A stretch of 64,000 bases of DNA from contig CAXXKA010000008.1 in the NCBI GenBank assembly GCA_963668625.2, positions 704,001 through 768,000 on the forward strand. Direction: 5' to 3'. The position numbers and the translations under genes were made by a program. This stretch comes from an uncultured candidate division Zixibacteria bacterium (lineage in GTDB: Bacteria > Zixibacteria > MSB-5A5 > UBA10806 > 4484-95). The notes below the pieces were generated by a model that saw nothing but the letters and a program-made list of their open reading frames with translations, was not told where the DNA came from and did no database searches. Positions within the stretch are counted from its first letter, which is position 1. Each line of letters opens with the position of its first letter. Shown piece by piece: positions 30,537-41,053 of this stretch.

Positions 30537-31790
30537 ATGACAAAAGATAGAAGTAAGAATTCGCCGGGCAAAAAGCCTTTCAAAGATCGATGCAGCTTTT
30601 GCGGACGCACCTCCGATTCCGGAGTAAAACTGATCTCGGCGCCGCAAGCCTCGATCTGTTCGGATTGCATTAAGGTATGCTCCGACCTGGTAACAAAGCA
30701 GGGTTGGAGCGGGCCCAAATTCGATGTCCCCGTTCCTGAGGAGATCAAAGCCTTTCTCGATCAATATGTAATCGGCCAGGAGAATGCCAAGCGCACTCTC
30801 TCCGTGGCCGTTTATAACCATTATAAGCGTATTCTCAACCCGCCTGCCCGGGATGAGGTGGAACTCGATAAATCGAATATTTTACTGGTCGGACCTACCG
30901 GCACGGGTAAAACCCTGTTCGCCCAAACGCTGGCCAAGATGCTTAAAGTGCCATTTACGATCGCGGATGCCACCGTGTTGACCGAGGCCGGTTATGTTGG
31001 CGAGGATGTCGAAAACATACTGGTTCGCCTTCTGCAGGCAGCCAATTACGATGTCGAGGCGGCCCAACTCGGGATAATCTATATCGATGAGATCGATAAG
31101 ATCGCCCGGAAAAGCGGCAACCCAAGTATCACCCGTGATGTTTCCGGCGAGGGAGTACAGCAGGGTTTGTTGAAAATCCTCGAGGGCACGATCGCGGCGG
31201 TACCTCCCAAGGGAGGCCGAAAACATCCCGAACAGGATTTGATCAAGATCGATACCCGCAATATACTGTTTGTCTGCGGCGGTGCTTTTGACGGCCTGGA
31301 GAAAATCATCGCCCGACGTCTGGGGCGAAAGGTAGTCGGGTTCAAATCCGACTCCAAGGCGATCAAAAAGAAAATCGGCGATCTTCTGATAAACGTGCAG
31401 GATGAGGACTTGCTGCAATTCGGCCTGATCCCGGAGATAATCGGCCGTTTGCCCGTTATCTGTTCATTAGGTGAATTGGATGAGGATGCCCTGAGACAAA
31501 TCCTGACAGAGCCCAGGAACGCGCTTATCAAACAGTACAATCATAGTTTCAAGCTCGAGGGAATCGAGTTGGAGTTCGAGGATGGGGCTATCGAGGCTAT
31601 CGCCAAGAAGGCTATGAAACGCAACACCGGAGCCAGGTCCCTGCGTTCGATCATGGAAAACGCTATGCTCGATTTGATGTACGAGACGCCATCCAAAAAA
31701 GATTTAAAAAAGATAATTATCACCCGTGATTTTATCGAACTGGATTCCGAACCTCAGTATGTATATAAGAAAACCCGTAAACGAGCTTAG
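30537..31790 (+). CDS. clpX: ATP-dependent Clp protease ATP-binding subunit
   Basis: CSFC...CSDC Zn domain, [32 protein letters not shown]. Confidence 0.97.
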   Translation: MTKDRSKNSPGKKPFKDRCSFCGRTSDSGVKLISAPQASICSDCIKVCSDLVTKQGWSGPKFDVPVPEEIKAFLDQYVIGQENAKRTLSVAVYNHYKRILNPPARDEVELDKSNILLVGPTGTGKTLFAQTLAKMLKVPFTIADATVLTEAGYVGEDVENILVRLLQAANYDVEAAQLGIIYIDEIDKIARKSGNPSITRDVSGEGVQQGLLKILEGTIAAVPPKGGRKHPEQDLIKIDTRNILFVCGGAFDGLEKIIARRLGRKVVGFKSDSKAIKKKIGDLLINVQDEDLLQFGLIPEIIGRLPVICSLGELDEDALRQILTEPRNALIKQYNHSFKLEGIELEFEDGAIEAIAKKAMKRNTGARSLRSIMENAMLDLMYETPSKKDLKKIIITRDFIELDSEPQYVYKKTRKRA

Positions 31791-31842
31791 TATGATGACT
31801 GCCAACCTCAATATACTTCCCGGCCTGTAGGGGCCGTTTTTT

Positions 31843-32445
31843 ATGCAGTTCAATCAAGCAAAATACGTAGCCTCATACTTTGACTTTAATGATATACCCA
31901 AAACGGGTTATCCCGAGGTCGCTTTCGCGGGGCGTTCCAATGTCGGTAAATCCACGTTGATAAACAATATCCTCAATCGCAAGAAACTCGTGCAGGTATC
32001 CAAAACGCCCGGTAAAACCCGTGCTCTCAATTATTTCGAGATAAACGAAAAATACTATTTCGTTGATCTGCCCGGTTTCGGTTTCGCCAGAGGGCCCAAG
32101 TCGGAAAGGCTGGCCTGGGGTAAGCTTATCGAGGGTTTCCTGGGGAACTCGACCGGATTGAGGGGTTTGGTGCATATCATAGATTGCCGTCGGGGATTGA
32201 TGGATATCGACTGGAACCTGATCGAATACGTATCACATCTGCAAGACCAACTGGATAGAAACCTGCAGGTGCTCTACGTGCTATCGAAAGCCGATAAATT
32301 AAAAAGCAAAGCCCGGGCTGAGGCTTATAAGAAAACGATCAACGCTCTGCAATGTGATCCGAAGCAGTTGATTTTTTCCTCGGCGTTATCGGGGCAGGGA
32401 ATACCGGAAATCAGAAAACTAGTAGCGGAGATTTTAACTCGATGA
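31843..32445 (+). CDS. yihA: ribosome biogenesis GTP-binding protein YihA/EngB
   Basis: GRSNVGKS, SKTPGKT, DLPG, SKADK. Confidence 0.93.
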   Translation: MQFNQAKYVASYFDFNDIPKTGYPEVAFAGRSNVGKSTLINNILNRKKLVQVSKTPGKTRALNYFEINEKYYFVDLPGFGFARGPKSERLAWGKLIEGFLGNSTGLRGLVHIIDCRRGLMDIDWNLIEYVSHLQDQLDRNLQVLYVLSKADKLKSKARAEAYKKTINALQCDPKQLIFSSALSGQGIPEIRKLVAEILTR

Positions 32446-33722
32446 ATAGAAATATTACAATACTCGGCCTTCAATGGGGCGATGAAGGCAAAGGCAAAGT
32501 CGTTGACTATTTCACCGAGCGCGTCGATATCGTAGCTCGTTTCGGCGGCGGAGCGAATGCCGGACATACGGTCGTAAACGATAAAGGCAAGTTCGTTCTT
32601 CACCTGCTGCCGTCAGGTATTATCCACGATAATGTCAGATGTTTCATGGGCGGCGGTATGGTAGTCGATCCGATCGGGCTGTTCGAGGAGATAGAGGATG
32701 TCAAATCGAAAGGCGTAAATTGTGGAGATCGCCTGAAAATCGATAGCGCTACGCATCTGGTGTTACCCCATCACCGGGCAATCGAAAAATACTACGAGAC
32801 CATGAAAGATGGTAAAGAGATCAATACCACGCTCAGGGGTATTGGCCCGGCTTATGCCGATAAGGCGAACCGGTTCGGTTTCACTGCCGGCGACCTCCTG
32901 GATGAAAAACTGATGGTCGAGAAAGCTCGCACATTCGTAGCCCGCAAACAGGCGATATTAAAAGCCACCGGGGATGACAAGATGACCGATACCGATTACC
33001 TGGTGGATTTCCTCAAAGCGTATGTTGGTACTCTGGGCAGTATGGTCGTGGATGTTACTTCCGAGTTGAAGGAAGCTATAGCGCAAAAGAGTCGTATCCT
33101 GTTCGAGGGCTCGCAGGGTTCGCTTCTGGATATCAGCCTTGGTAATTACCCGTACGTCACCTCCTCCAATACAACTATCGGAGGGCTTTACACCGGTTTA
33201 GGTATGCCACCCGGGGTGCAGGGCGATGTGCTCGGCGTGGTTAAGGCCTACACTACCCGTGTCGGCAACGGTCCGTTTCCAACCGAGCTTGAGGATGAAA
33301 TAGGCGAGACCATCCGCGAAAAAGGCGGCGAGTACGGAGCTACCACCGGCCGTCCCAGGCGAACAGGCTGGCTGGATACGGCTATCGTGAAACGTACCGG
33401 ATATATCTCCGGCGTTACCGGTGTGGTTCTTACCAAGCTGGATGTTTTAGACGGGCTCGAGGAACTCAAGGTTTGCGTGGGCCATCGCGTTGATGGCAAG
33501 GTGTATGATTTCCCGCCGCTTCATGCCTCGTTCATGGAGAAAGCCGAGCCGATATATGAGACTTTCCCCGGGTGGAAAAATCCGACAGCCAATGTCACCG
33601 ATTTCGATAAGCTTCCAAAAGAGGCGAAAAGCTACCTGAAGTTTATCGAAAACAAACTTGAAATTCCTATAAAGTATATCTCCACCGGCTCCAACCGCAG
33701 CGCATTTATTGAAAAGGCTTGA
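32442..33722 (+). CDS. purA: adenylosuccinate synthetase
   Basis: QWGDEGKGK, GGANAGHT, GIGPAYADK, GATTGRPRR. Confidence 0.97.
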   Translation: MNRNITILGLQWGDEGKGKVVDYFTERVDIVARFGGGANAGHTVVNDKGKFVLHLLPSGIIHDNVRCFMGGGMVVDPIGLFEEIEDVKSKGVNCGDRLKIDSATHLVLPHHRAIEKYYETMKDGKEINTTLRGIGPAYADKANRFGFTAGDLLDEKLMVEKARTFVARKQAILKATGDDKMTDTDYLVDFLKAYVGTLGSMVVDVTSELKEAIAQKSRILFEGSQGSLLDISLGNYPYVTSSNTTIGGLYTGLGMPPGVQGDVLGVVKAYTTRVGNGPFPTELEDEIGETIREKGGEYGATTGRPRRTGWLDTAIVKRTGYISGVTGVVLTKLDVLDGLEELKVCVGHRVDGKVYDFPPLHASFMEKAEPIYETFPGWKNPTANVTDFDKLPKEAKSYLKFIENKLEIPIKYISTGSNRSAFIEKA

Positions 33723-33778
33723 TAGGTTTTCTGCTATATCTTATAATCATCGACGTTAATAATGGCAGGAGTACGATT

Positions 33779-35125
33779 ATGAATAAAGCGCTGAAACATA
33801 CGATCTATATCACGTTCATTTTTATATTTGCCATGACATGCGCGGCATTCGGCCAGTCGAACATGAAAAGTATCAGCTTATTGAAAGCCGTCGAGATAGC
33901 GCTGGAACGGGATAATAATATCAAGGCGGTGATTCAGGAGAAAAGCGCCGCGAATCTGGGTATCAGAAAAGCTAAAGCCGATTACTGGCCCAAACTTTCA
34001 CTTTCTGGAAATTACGCTCATCTCTCTAAAGTAAATGAAATGGTCATAGATTTGCCGGTTGGCGGCAGTCAGACATTCGCAATCGGTACGGATAATCCGT
34101 TTAGCAGCGATTTGATGCTGGGCTGGGATGTTTACACTTTCGGCAGGAGAGGTTCTTTGGTCGGTATCGCTAAAACAGAATCGGAGCTAACCGGCGTTAA
34201 AGAGAGTTTCACCCAAAAGCAAGTATTCGATAATGTCGCTCGCGCCTACCTGGCGGTAGTGTTTTCCGACGCCGCCTACGAACTGAGCACAACCGAGAAA
34301 GACAGGGCCTCGAAAATTTTAAAGCTGGTGGAAAACCGATACGAGAAAAAGCTCATACCCGAATTCGATCTGTTGCAGATGCAGCTTCGCTACGAACAAC
34401 ACAGGTTGACCGAATTGGAGCTGGAGGAGGACAACCAAACCGCCCGGCTCAATCTGGCCCGTCTGTTGAACATGGGTAATGAATCATTGCCCTCGCTTAG
34501 CGATAATCTCGATTACGAATTTTCGCAGTTGATGCCGCTGCATAAAGCCGATGATGTCCTGGAATATCGGGATGACTACGAGCAGGCTGAAATTCAACTG
34601 AGGTTTTCCGATTATACGAAGCGTATTACGAGAAGCGGTTATTTCCCTAACGTAACGCTTTTTACGGATTATAACCTTCGCAACGGTTATCAGCCAGATC
34701 TCGACAATATAGAGAATGTGTTTTCTTTCGGAGTCAATTTCAACTGGTTATTGTTCGATGGTTTATCGCGCAGGGCCGAGATTAACAGGCAGGCGTATTT
34801 GAAAAAAGCCTCCGAGTATTATCGGGATGATTTGAAAGACTTGATTCCTTTTCAGGTTAGTGTCGCCTCGAATACGCTTATCAAGAAAAAGTCGGCTATC
34901 GAGGTTGGCAAACGGGCGCTCGAGGTTGCCCAAAAGGCGATGGCGATTGCCCGGAAAAGATACGAGCTGGGTGATATTTCGATGATCGAGCTTTTAGAGG
35001 CGGAAAACAAACTTTCCGAGGCTGAACTTGGACTTCTGAAGTTGCAATTCGATAAAGCCATAGCCGAACTCGATCTGAAAGCCGCTTCGGGTTATTATCC
35101 GGAGATAGAGACGTTTAATCGGTAG
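33779..35125 (+). CDS. TolC family outer membrane efflux protein
   Basis: Signal peptide after the AGGAG RBS; two P.LSL.G repeats; RYELGDISMIELLEAE. Confidence 0.85.
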   Translation: MNKALKHTIYITFIFIFAMTCAAFGQSNMKSISLLKAVEIALERDNNIKAVIQEKSAANLGIRKAKADYWPKLSLSGNYAHLSKVNEMVIDLPVGGSQTFAIGTDNPFSSDLMLGWDVYTFGRRGSLVGIAKTESELTGVKESFTQKQVFDNVARAYLAVVFSDAAYELSTTEKDRASKILKLVENRYEKKLIPEFDLLQMQLRYEQHRLTELELEEDNQTARLNLARLLNMGNESLPSLSDNLDYEFSQLMPLHKADDVLEYRDDYEQAEIQLRFSDYTKRITRSGYFPNVTLFTDYNLRNGYQPDLDNIENVFSFGVNFNWLLFDGLSRRAEINRQAYLKKASEYYRDDLKDLIPFQVSVASNTLIKKKSAIEVGKRALEVAQKAMAIARKRYELGDISMIELLEAENKLSEAELGLLKLQFDKAIAELDLKAASGYYPEIETFNR

Positions 35126-35307
35126 AATCGATATCATCATAAAAAGAATTTTTAGAGGTTTAGCGCAATTAAGTTATTGATATATAACCCGAAATATTGT
35201 AATAGAGCCATTATGGGCATTCGGGATATTTATGCCCGGTATTTTGGTTTAACATTTAAGTTTAAACGTTCGATAAATATTAAATTGATGGAAATAGAGG
35301 AGGGAGA

Positions 35308-36819
35308 ATGAGAAAGCCATTAGTTGTCATATTGGCAATAATATTGGTAGGATTTTCAACGAGTTTCGCTGTCGAATGGAATAGTCGTCTGGGGGTTGGC
35401 CTGCGTGGGCCTTTATTCGCGCCGATGGTTTCCGGCGATAAGTACCAGGGCGCCGATACGAGCGAGCCGTTCATGATGGGGCTCGGTGGTAGTTTTGAGG
35501 CCAAGTATGGCATTTCGAGGTCGTGGGTTGTCGGTTTTTCCGTGGGCTACTGGATGACATACGATGACTCGACCGCCGGCGAGGATCAATCGTTTAAGAT
35601 GTATAGCAATAAAAACGCCTCCACGAAAGTGAGCAGTGTGCCTCTTTCGTTAACCGGCCAGTATTATTTCATTCCCGAAAGCAACGTACAACCTTACCTC
35701 CTGTTTGGCCTGGGGCTCGACCTCAGTTCATTCGAGAATCAGGGCGCTATCGGAGGAAGTTACACCTCAACTGATCTATACAGTAAAATCGGCGCAGGTA
35801 TTAATTTCTGGATCGGCGAAAGTATCACGTTCGATATCTCGGGGCGGTTTAACTACCTGTTGACTAATCTCAGCAACGATTTACCCGAGAACAATACCGA
35901 TTTACCGATTTCAATTCGTAATACCGACATGAGCAATATCAGTACCCGGCCTTACCTGGCCATGCTCGAGCCGAGTATCGGTTTCACCTATTTCATAGGC
36001 GGCGCCAAGGATACCGATAAGGACGGGATTAAAGATAAGGTAGATCAATGCCCGGATACTCCTAAAGGCGCTCTGGTTGATGAGTTCGGCTGCCCTCTGG
36101 ATGCCGATGGTGACGGCGTATATGACGGCCTGGATACATGCAACGAGACGCCTCAGGGAGCGATCGTAGATATAACGGGCTGTGCTCTGGATGGTGACAT
36201 CGATGGCGTGCCCGATGGTATAGACCTGTGCGCCGATTCGCCGCTGGGAGTCGAGGTAGATGTCTATGGCTGTCCTCTCGATAATGATAAGGACGGTATC
36301 CCGGATTTCAAGGATCAGCAACTCGATACACCGCTCGGTGCGATCGTGGATCAAGATGGTGTTGCGATGGACACCGACAAGGACGGCGTTCCGGATGGTA
36401 TAGATAAATGCCCGGAGGATGGCGAGGGAATCATTGTCGATGAGTTCGGTTGCCCGATAGCCAAGCCGCTTACCGAGATGATCCGGCTGAATATAAATTA
36501 TGCCGCTGGATCGACTGAACCGGATGATGCCGCCAAGGTTATTCTGGATGATATAGCGGAGAGGATGAAAATCTATAGTGATGTTAAAATTGAGATTAAC
36601 GGTTATACCGATGCTTTAGGCAGATCCATCTCTAATCTGAAAATCTCGGAACGTCGCGCCCAGGCTGTGATGGATTACCTTGAATCCAAGGGTGTCCCCG
36701 CCGACCGAATGAAAGCCCAGGGTTTCGGTGAAAATGATAAGTATTTCATTGATACTAACGATACCCCTGAAGGCCGCCAGAAAAACAGAAGAGTGGATAT
36801 AGTACCGGTCACACAATAG
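35308..36819 (+). CDS. OmpA family protein with beta-barrel and thrombospondin type 3 repeats
   Basis: DxDxDGVxDxxDxCP repeats and C-terminal GYTD...NLKISERRA...NRRVD. Confidence 0.9.
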   Translation: MRKPLVVILAIILVGFSTSFAVEWNSRLGVGLRGPLFAPMVSGDKYQGADTSEPFMMGLGGSFEAKYGISRSWVVGFSVGYWMTYDDSTAGEDQSFKMYSNKNASTKVSSVPLSLTGQYYFIPESNVQPYLLFGLGLDLSSFENQGAIGGSYTSTDLYSKIGAGINFWIGESITFDISGRFNYLLTNLSNDLPENNTDLPISIRNTDMSNISTRPYLAMLEPSIGFTYFIGGAKDTDKDGIKDKVDQCPDTPKGALVDEFGCPLDADGDGVYDGLDTCNETPQGAIVDITGCALDGDIDGVPDGIDLCADSPLGVEVDVYGCPLDNDKDGIPDFKDQQLDTPLGAIVDQDGVAMDTDKDGVPDGIDKCPEDGEGIIVDEFGCPIAKPLTEMIRLNINYAAGSTEPDDAAKVILDDIAERMKIYSDVKIEINGYTDALGRSISNLKISERRAQAVMDYLESKGVPADRMKAQGFGENDKYFIDTNDTPEGRQKNRRVDIVPVTQ

Positions 36820-36843
36820 TTCTATATAGAATAAGTTAAAATT

Positions 36844-36874
36844 AAGGGCGTTCCCATGATGGGCGCCCTTTTTT
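36844..36874 (+). terminator. intrinsic terminator of the ompA-like gene
   Basis: AAGGGCGT...GCGCCCTT followed by a T run. Confidence 0.7.
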
Positions 36875-36943
36875 ATTATGCTAAAAGCCATTGGATAGTG
36901 GCAATATCGAGTGGAATTAACCGACCGGTAAATATCCTCGAAT

Positions 36944-36970
36944 AAAAAACCCGGCAATTAACCGGGTTTT
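36944..36970 (-). terminator. intrinsic terminator downstream of the ncRNA
   Basis: Minus strand AAAACCCGG-loop-CCGGGTTTTTT. Confidence 0.65.
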
Positions 36971-36982
36971 AAAGCTTTATAA

Positions 36983-37166
36983 GCGGAATGGGAGGTAATC
37001 GAAATGAAAACACATCATTTCTTCACACGGTAAAGGCGTTTTAGAGCCACCAGAGACTTTTTGCGTTCGCTCTCCCCGGAACCCGGGGGTCACGGCGTAA
37101 GCTCAGCCTGAGGGTGCAGCCTTCATTGGTTTGGTGTTAGGTTTTCAATTTCCCCCCGCATCCCGC
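36983..37166 (-). ncRNA. ssrS: probable 6S RNA (184-nt rod with a central bubble)
   Basis: The ends pair over ~22 bp (GCGGGATG/CATTCCGC, GGGGGG/CCTCCC, AATTGAAA/TTTCGATT), followed by an A/C-rich bubble, TGAAGGC/GCCTTTA and a terminal CCCCGG-GTT-CCGGGG. It has its own promoter (TTGATT-16-TATCAT) and terminator. Confidence 0.6.
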
Positions 37167-37279
37167 GTAATTATGATACTATCATTTGAACATAAATCAA
37201 GCTGTTTTTATTATCGGCAAATAAGACTTTGACTTTGAATATGTTAAAATTTATATTTCAAGGTTTAGAAGATGTGAGT

Positions 37280-37660
37280 ATGATAGATTCAGTAGGTATC
37301 GATTTAATTGAGGTTCATAGGATTAGAGAGGCGATCGAACGCTGGGGCGAACGGTTCCTTCACCGGGTATATACCCCGTGGGAGATAAATTATTGCTCCA
37401 AGAAACAATTTCCCGAGCAATCCTATGCCGCCAGGTTCGCTGTTAAAGAGTCAGTTTTAAAAGCGGTTGGGACAGGTCTGGGACAGGGTATCCGGTGGAC
37501 CTCGGTCGAGGTTGTCAATACCGAGCTGGGCGCGCCCCAGGTCAGATTGGGTGAGAGAATCAAGCGAATAATTGGCAACAAGAATATCATAATTTCGATG
37601 TCGCACACTCGGGAGCATGCAATCGCCAGCGCTATTCTGGTTAATAACGAAAAGGCCTAG
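37280..37660 (+). CDS. acpS: holo-ACP synthase
   Basis: VGIDLIEV.RI, YAARFAVKESVLKAVGTG, ISMSH. Confidence 0.95.
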   Translation: MIDSVGIDLIEVHRIREAIERWGERFLHRVYTPWEINYCSKKQFPEQSYAARFAVKESVLKAVGTGLGQGIRWTSVEVVNTELGAPQVRLGERIKRIIGNKNIIISMSHTREHAIASAILVNNEKA

Positions 37661-37662
37661 CC

Positions 37663-38319
37663 ATGCCCGATAATACGCTTAAATCACGCCGACAGTTAGC
37701 CGAATACTGCAAACGTCTATACGACCGCGATCTGGTCGGCTCCACCCAGGGTAATTTATCCTATAGATACGCTCCGGATAAAATCCTGATAACGCCTACC
37801 GGCGGCAATCTGGGCTATTTAAAGGCCTCCGATATTGTCGTGATAAACTCGAGCGGTAGCAAAATCAGCGGTCGCGGCGAACGATCCAGCGAGTACGATA
37901 TTCATCTCAAGATATACGAGGCCCGGCGTGATATTATGGCCGTTTGCCATGCTCATCCGGTGGTCCTGACAGCTATGTCCATCACCCGAACGGATCTTAG
38001 CAGGCTCATTCTGCCGGAGATCATCTATGAATTCGGCATCATACCCGTACTCGAGTTCGCCTGTCCCGGTACGCCTGAGCTATATGATACTATATCGAAA
38101 TATATTAGCAGGCACGAGGCATTCGTGTTTAGCAATCACGGCGCGCTGACAATCGGCAAAAGTATCGAACAGGTTTTCAACAGAATGGAGATGCTGGAAC
38201 GCTATGCCCGAACACTTCTGGCCGCCTCACGTATGGGCGAGATAAACGAAATTCCTGCCGAGATGGCTAAAAACCTTCCCGGGCACGAGCGCATAGCAGG
38301 CCAACTCTCAATCGAATGA
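37663..38319 (+). CDS. class II aldolase/adducin family protein
   Basis: GNLS, ITPTG, SSE..IH, HAHP, NHG. Confidence 0.88.
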   Translation: MPDNTLKSRRQLAEYCKRLYDRDLVGSTQGNLSYRYAPDKILITPTGGNLGYLKASDIVVINSSGSKISGRGERSSEYDIHLKIYEARRDIMAVCHAHPVVLTAMSITRTDLSRLILPEIIYEFGIIPVLEFACPGTPELYDTISKYISRHEAFVFSNHGALTIGKSIEQVFNRMEMLERYARTLLAASRMGEINEIPAEMAKNLPGHERIAGQLSIE

Positions 38320-38328
38320 GTAATTATC

Positions 38329-39501
38329 ATGAAAGTTATAACCAACAAATCAGATCGCTTTTTACGCGCCCCTGAGGCTTTGATGTCCATGAATTTAACC
38401 GAGAAACTGATAAAAAGACGCGGGCTGGAATTTATCGATCTTGACCCGATCGTCCCCAGGACTCCTCGTTGTGAGGGATTCAGGGAGAAACTTAAAGAGT
38501 TCGATCTTTCGGATAACACGCCGGCCTCACAACAGGAGGTTTGTAACCTGCGAGAGGTATTGGCCGGGATTTATCAGAAGATATATAATCATAAAGTACA
38601 CCCCGATAAAGATATAGTTATCACTCCGGGCAGCCGGGCTACGGCTATTTTGATTTGCCTGTCTATGGTGAATCCCGGGCAGGTGGTGGCTATTCCCGAT
38701 CCGGGATTGTCGACATATCGGCTGGCGGCAGTGATGGCCGGAGCGGAGCCGTTCGCGTATCCTCTACTGGAGAAAAACGATTTTTTACCGAACCTCAGCG
38801 CTTTATTCGAACCACCTCCGCAAAATCTCAGCCTGGTATTTTTGAATTATCCGCATTGTCCCACGGGCGCGGAGGCCGATTCGTATTTCTATCGGGATTT
38901 GATAAATATCCTAAAATACGAGAATATATTGATAGTGGCGGATACGGCTTTCACCGGGGTATCCGAACCCGCTATCGATTTACCCCTCCAGACAGCCAAA
39001 GCCTCCAATATGATATTGGAATTACATTCGTTCGGATTCCCCTACGGCCTGGCCGGTCTGGGTTTCGCGACAGGTCATCGCGGCGCGGTGGAAAATCTCA
39101 AGCAGGTTACAAAGGCCTCGGGGATAACTCCCAACAAAGCCGAGATTAATTATATTCTAACGGCAATTGAATATCATGATGATATATTTGCCGAGTACAT
39201 GAATCGGTTGAACGACCGCCGCAGGGTACTTTCCGAGGGTTTGAAAGAGATAGGCTGGCATGTGCGTAATTCCCGCCTGACTCCTTTTATCTGGGCGAAA
39301 GCCCCGGCGAAATCGACCTCGGCCGGTTTTGCCCGCAAGCTGTTTTTGAAAACCGGCGTACGTACACGACCCGGGACGGATTTCGGTGAGAATGGCGAGG
39401 GTTATCTCAGGTTCTCGCTTACGGTATCCGCAGAGAAAATAGAGAAAGCGCTTAAAAACATACAGGGTAAATCATCACTATACGGAAAGCGAGGGAGTTA
39501 A
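38329..39501 (+). CDS. class I/II aminotransferase-fold protein (DapL-like) lacking the catalytic lysine
   Basis: PDPG, YPLLEKNDFLP, NYPHCPTG, PGTDFGENGEGYLRFSL. The canonical SxSK motif reads SFGF here. Confidence 0.75.
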   Translation: MKVITNKSDRFLRAPEALMSMNLTEKLIKRRGLEFIDLDPIVPRTPRCEGFREKLKEFDLSDNTPASQQEVCNLREVLAGIYQKIYNHKVHPDKDIVITPGSRATAILICLSMVNPGQVVAIPDPGLSTYRLAAVMAGAEPFAYPLLEKNDFLPNLSALFEPPPQNLSLVFLNYPHCPTGAEADSYFYRDLINILKYENILIVADTAFTGVSEPAIDLPLQTAKASNMILELHSFGFPYGLAGLGFATGHRGAVENLKQVTKASGITPNKAEINYILTAIEYHDDIFAEYMNRLNDRRRVLSEGLKEIGWHVRNSRLTPFIWAKAPAKSTSAGFARKLFLKTGVRTRPGTDFGENGEGYLRFSLTVSAEKIEKALKNIQGKSSLYGKRGS

Positions 39502-39503
39502 GA

Positions 39504-40142
39504 TTGGCGGTCAAATACATTGCTATCGAGGGGCCTATCGGCGTAGGCAAAACAACGCTGGCAAGGATGCTGGCGGATCATTTCAACGGCCGATTGGTGC
39601 TGGAGGAACACGATGAGAATCCATTTTTAAAAGATTTCTACAGGGATAGAGACCGCTACGCGTTTCAAACACAGATGTTTTTCCTGCTTTCGCGTTTCAA
39701 ACAGCAACAGGAATTTTTCTCGGGAGAGCTTTTAGCCTCGCATGTAATTTCGGATTATTATTTCGGCAAGGATCGTATATTCGCCACTCTCACTTTAAAT
39801 AACGATGAGTTAACGATGTACGATAAAATCGCCACCCTGATGGAGAAAAATATCCCGGCGCCCGATCTGATCATATACCTGACCGCCTCATCTAATACCC
39901 TGATGCATCGCGTTAAAAAGCGCAGCCGTGAATACGAGAGGCAAATGGATCAGGTATATCTCGAGGATTTATCCGAATCTTACAGCAAGTATTTTTTCCA
40001 TTTCAACCAGACAACGTTGCTCGTGGTCAATACCGAAAACGTTAATTTTGAAACCGAACCAGATCAATTCGAGTATCTTCTGGAAAAGATGGATGATATC
40101 ACACCGGGTACTCACTACCTGGTACCGTTCGGAGGGAAGTAA
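39504..40142 (+). CDS. deoxynucleoside kinase
   Basis: YIAIEGPIGVGKTTLA, ENPFLKDFY, FQTQMFFLLSR, PDLIIYL. Confidence 0.92.
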   Translation: MAVKYIAIEGPIGVGKTTLARMLADHFNGRLVLEEHDENPFLKDFYRDRDRYAFQTQMFFLLSRFKQQQEFFSGELLASHVISDYYFGKDRIFATLTLNNDELTMYDKIATLMEKNIPAPDLIIYLTASSNTLMHRVKKRSREYERQMDQVYLEDLSESYSKYFFHFNQTTLLVVNTENVNFETEPDQFEYLLEKMDDITPGTHYLVPFGGK

Positions 40143-40146
40143 TCGG

Positions 40147-40518
40147 ATGGTCTCGAAGAAACCGGCGATAATCAGGATGAGCAAGCTTTCGTTTTACGCC
40201 TATCACGGCAACTCGAAAGCCGAGCAGGAAACGGGCAGACGGTATGAGGTGGATTGCGAGTTTGCCATAGATATGAATAATGTCTCAAGAACCGATTCAC
40301 TTGACGATACTATCGACTATTCGATGGTGTACGGTACCATCGAGGAAATTATCACAAATAACAAGTTTAATTTGATCGAAACGCTAGCCGACCGGATTGG
40401 CGATGCCGTAATAAATATAACGGGTATAGAAAACGTTAAGCTGAAAGTTCGCAAGATGACGCCACCGATCTCGGGCAACATTGATTTTATCGAGATAGAA
40501 ACAGAAAGGTCGAGGTAG
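40147..40518 (+). CDS. folB: dihydroneopterin aldolase
   Basis: FYAYHG...EQ..G, DSLDDTIDY, LIETLA, KVRK..PP. True start at ATG 40147. Confidence 0.92.
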   Translation: MVSKKPAIIRMSKLSFYAYHGNSKAEQETGRRYEVDCEFAIDMNNVSRTDSLDDTIDYSMVYGTIEEIITNNKFNLIETLADRIGDAVINITGIENVKLKVRKMTPPISGNIDFIEIETERSR

Positions 40519-40522
40519 TTTC

Positions 40523-41053
40523 ATGGAATTGGATATAACTGCTTATCTGGGGCTGGGCTCTAACCTGGGCGATAAACAGGCGAATCTGAAAGAGTCTATC
40601 GAACACCTGAATAAAACCAACAACCTTAATGTCTCGAAAATATCCTCGGTGTATTTAACCGAGCCGATGGGAGTAACCCGTCAACCCGATTTTTACAATA
40701 TGGTGGTACAGGTTAAAACGTTGATGACTCCGTTGAATATACTGAAACGAGCTAAAGAGATTGAATATACGATGGGCCGTCAACCGAACAGCCATTTCAA
40801 GCCGCGGCCTATCGATATCGATATATTGCTGTTCGGTGATTCCGAGATAGACACGCTGGAACTACTGATTCCGCATTCGCGCCTGACTAAGCGCGCATTC
40901 GTGCTGACACCGATTCTGGAGCTGGAACCGGAGCTGATTCATCCCACCAGTTTCAAGCCTTTAAAGGAGTACCTCGGAGAAATAGCCGACTCGCAAAAAG
41001 TGGAAAGGATTATAGATGCCGGAGACTTTGCCGGAAAGCCCCAAAAAGGTTAA
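40523..41053 (+). CDS. folK: 2-amino-4-hydroxy-6-hydroxymethyldihydropteridine diphosphokinase
   Basis: YLGLGSNLGD, QPDFYN, PRPIDIDIL, IPH...RAFVL. Confidence 0.95.
   Translation: MELDITAYLGLGSNLGDKQANLKESIEHLNKTNNLNVSKISSVYLTEPMGVTRQPDFYNMVVQVKTLMTPLNILKRAKEIEYTMGRQPNSHFKPRPIDIDILLFGDSEIDTLELLIPHSRLTKRAFVLTPILELEPELIHPTSFKPLKEYLGEIADSQKVERIIDAGDFAGKPQKG

Noticed and set aside
33779-35125. TolC gene without adjacent pump genes
   Set aside because: Stand-alone TolC genes are common.
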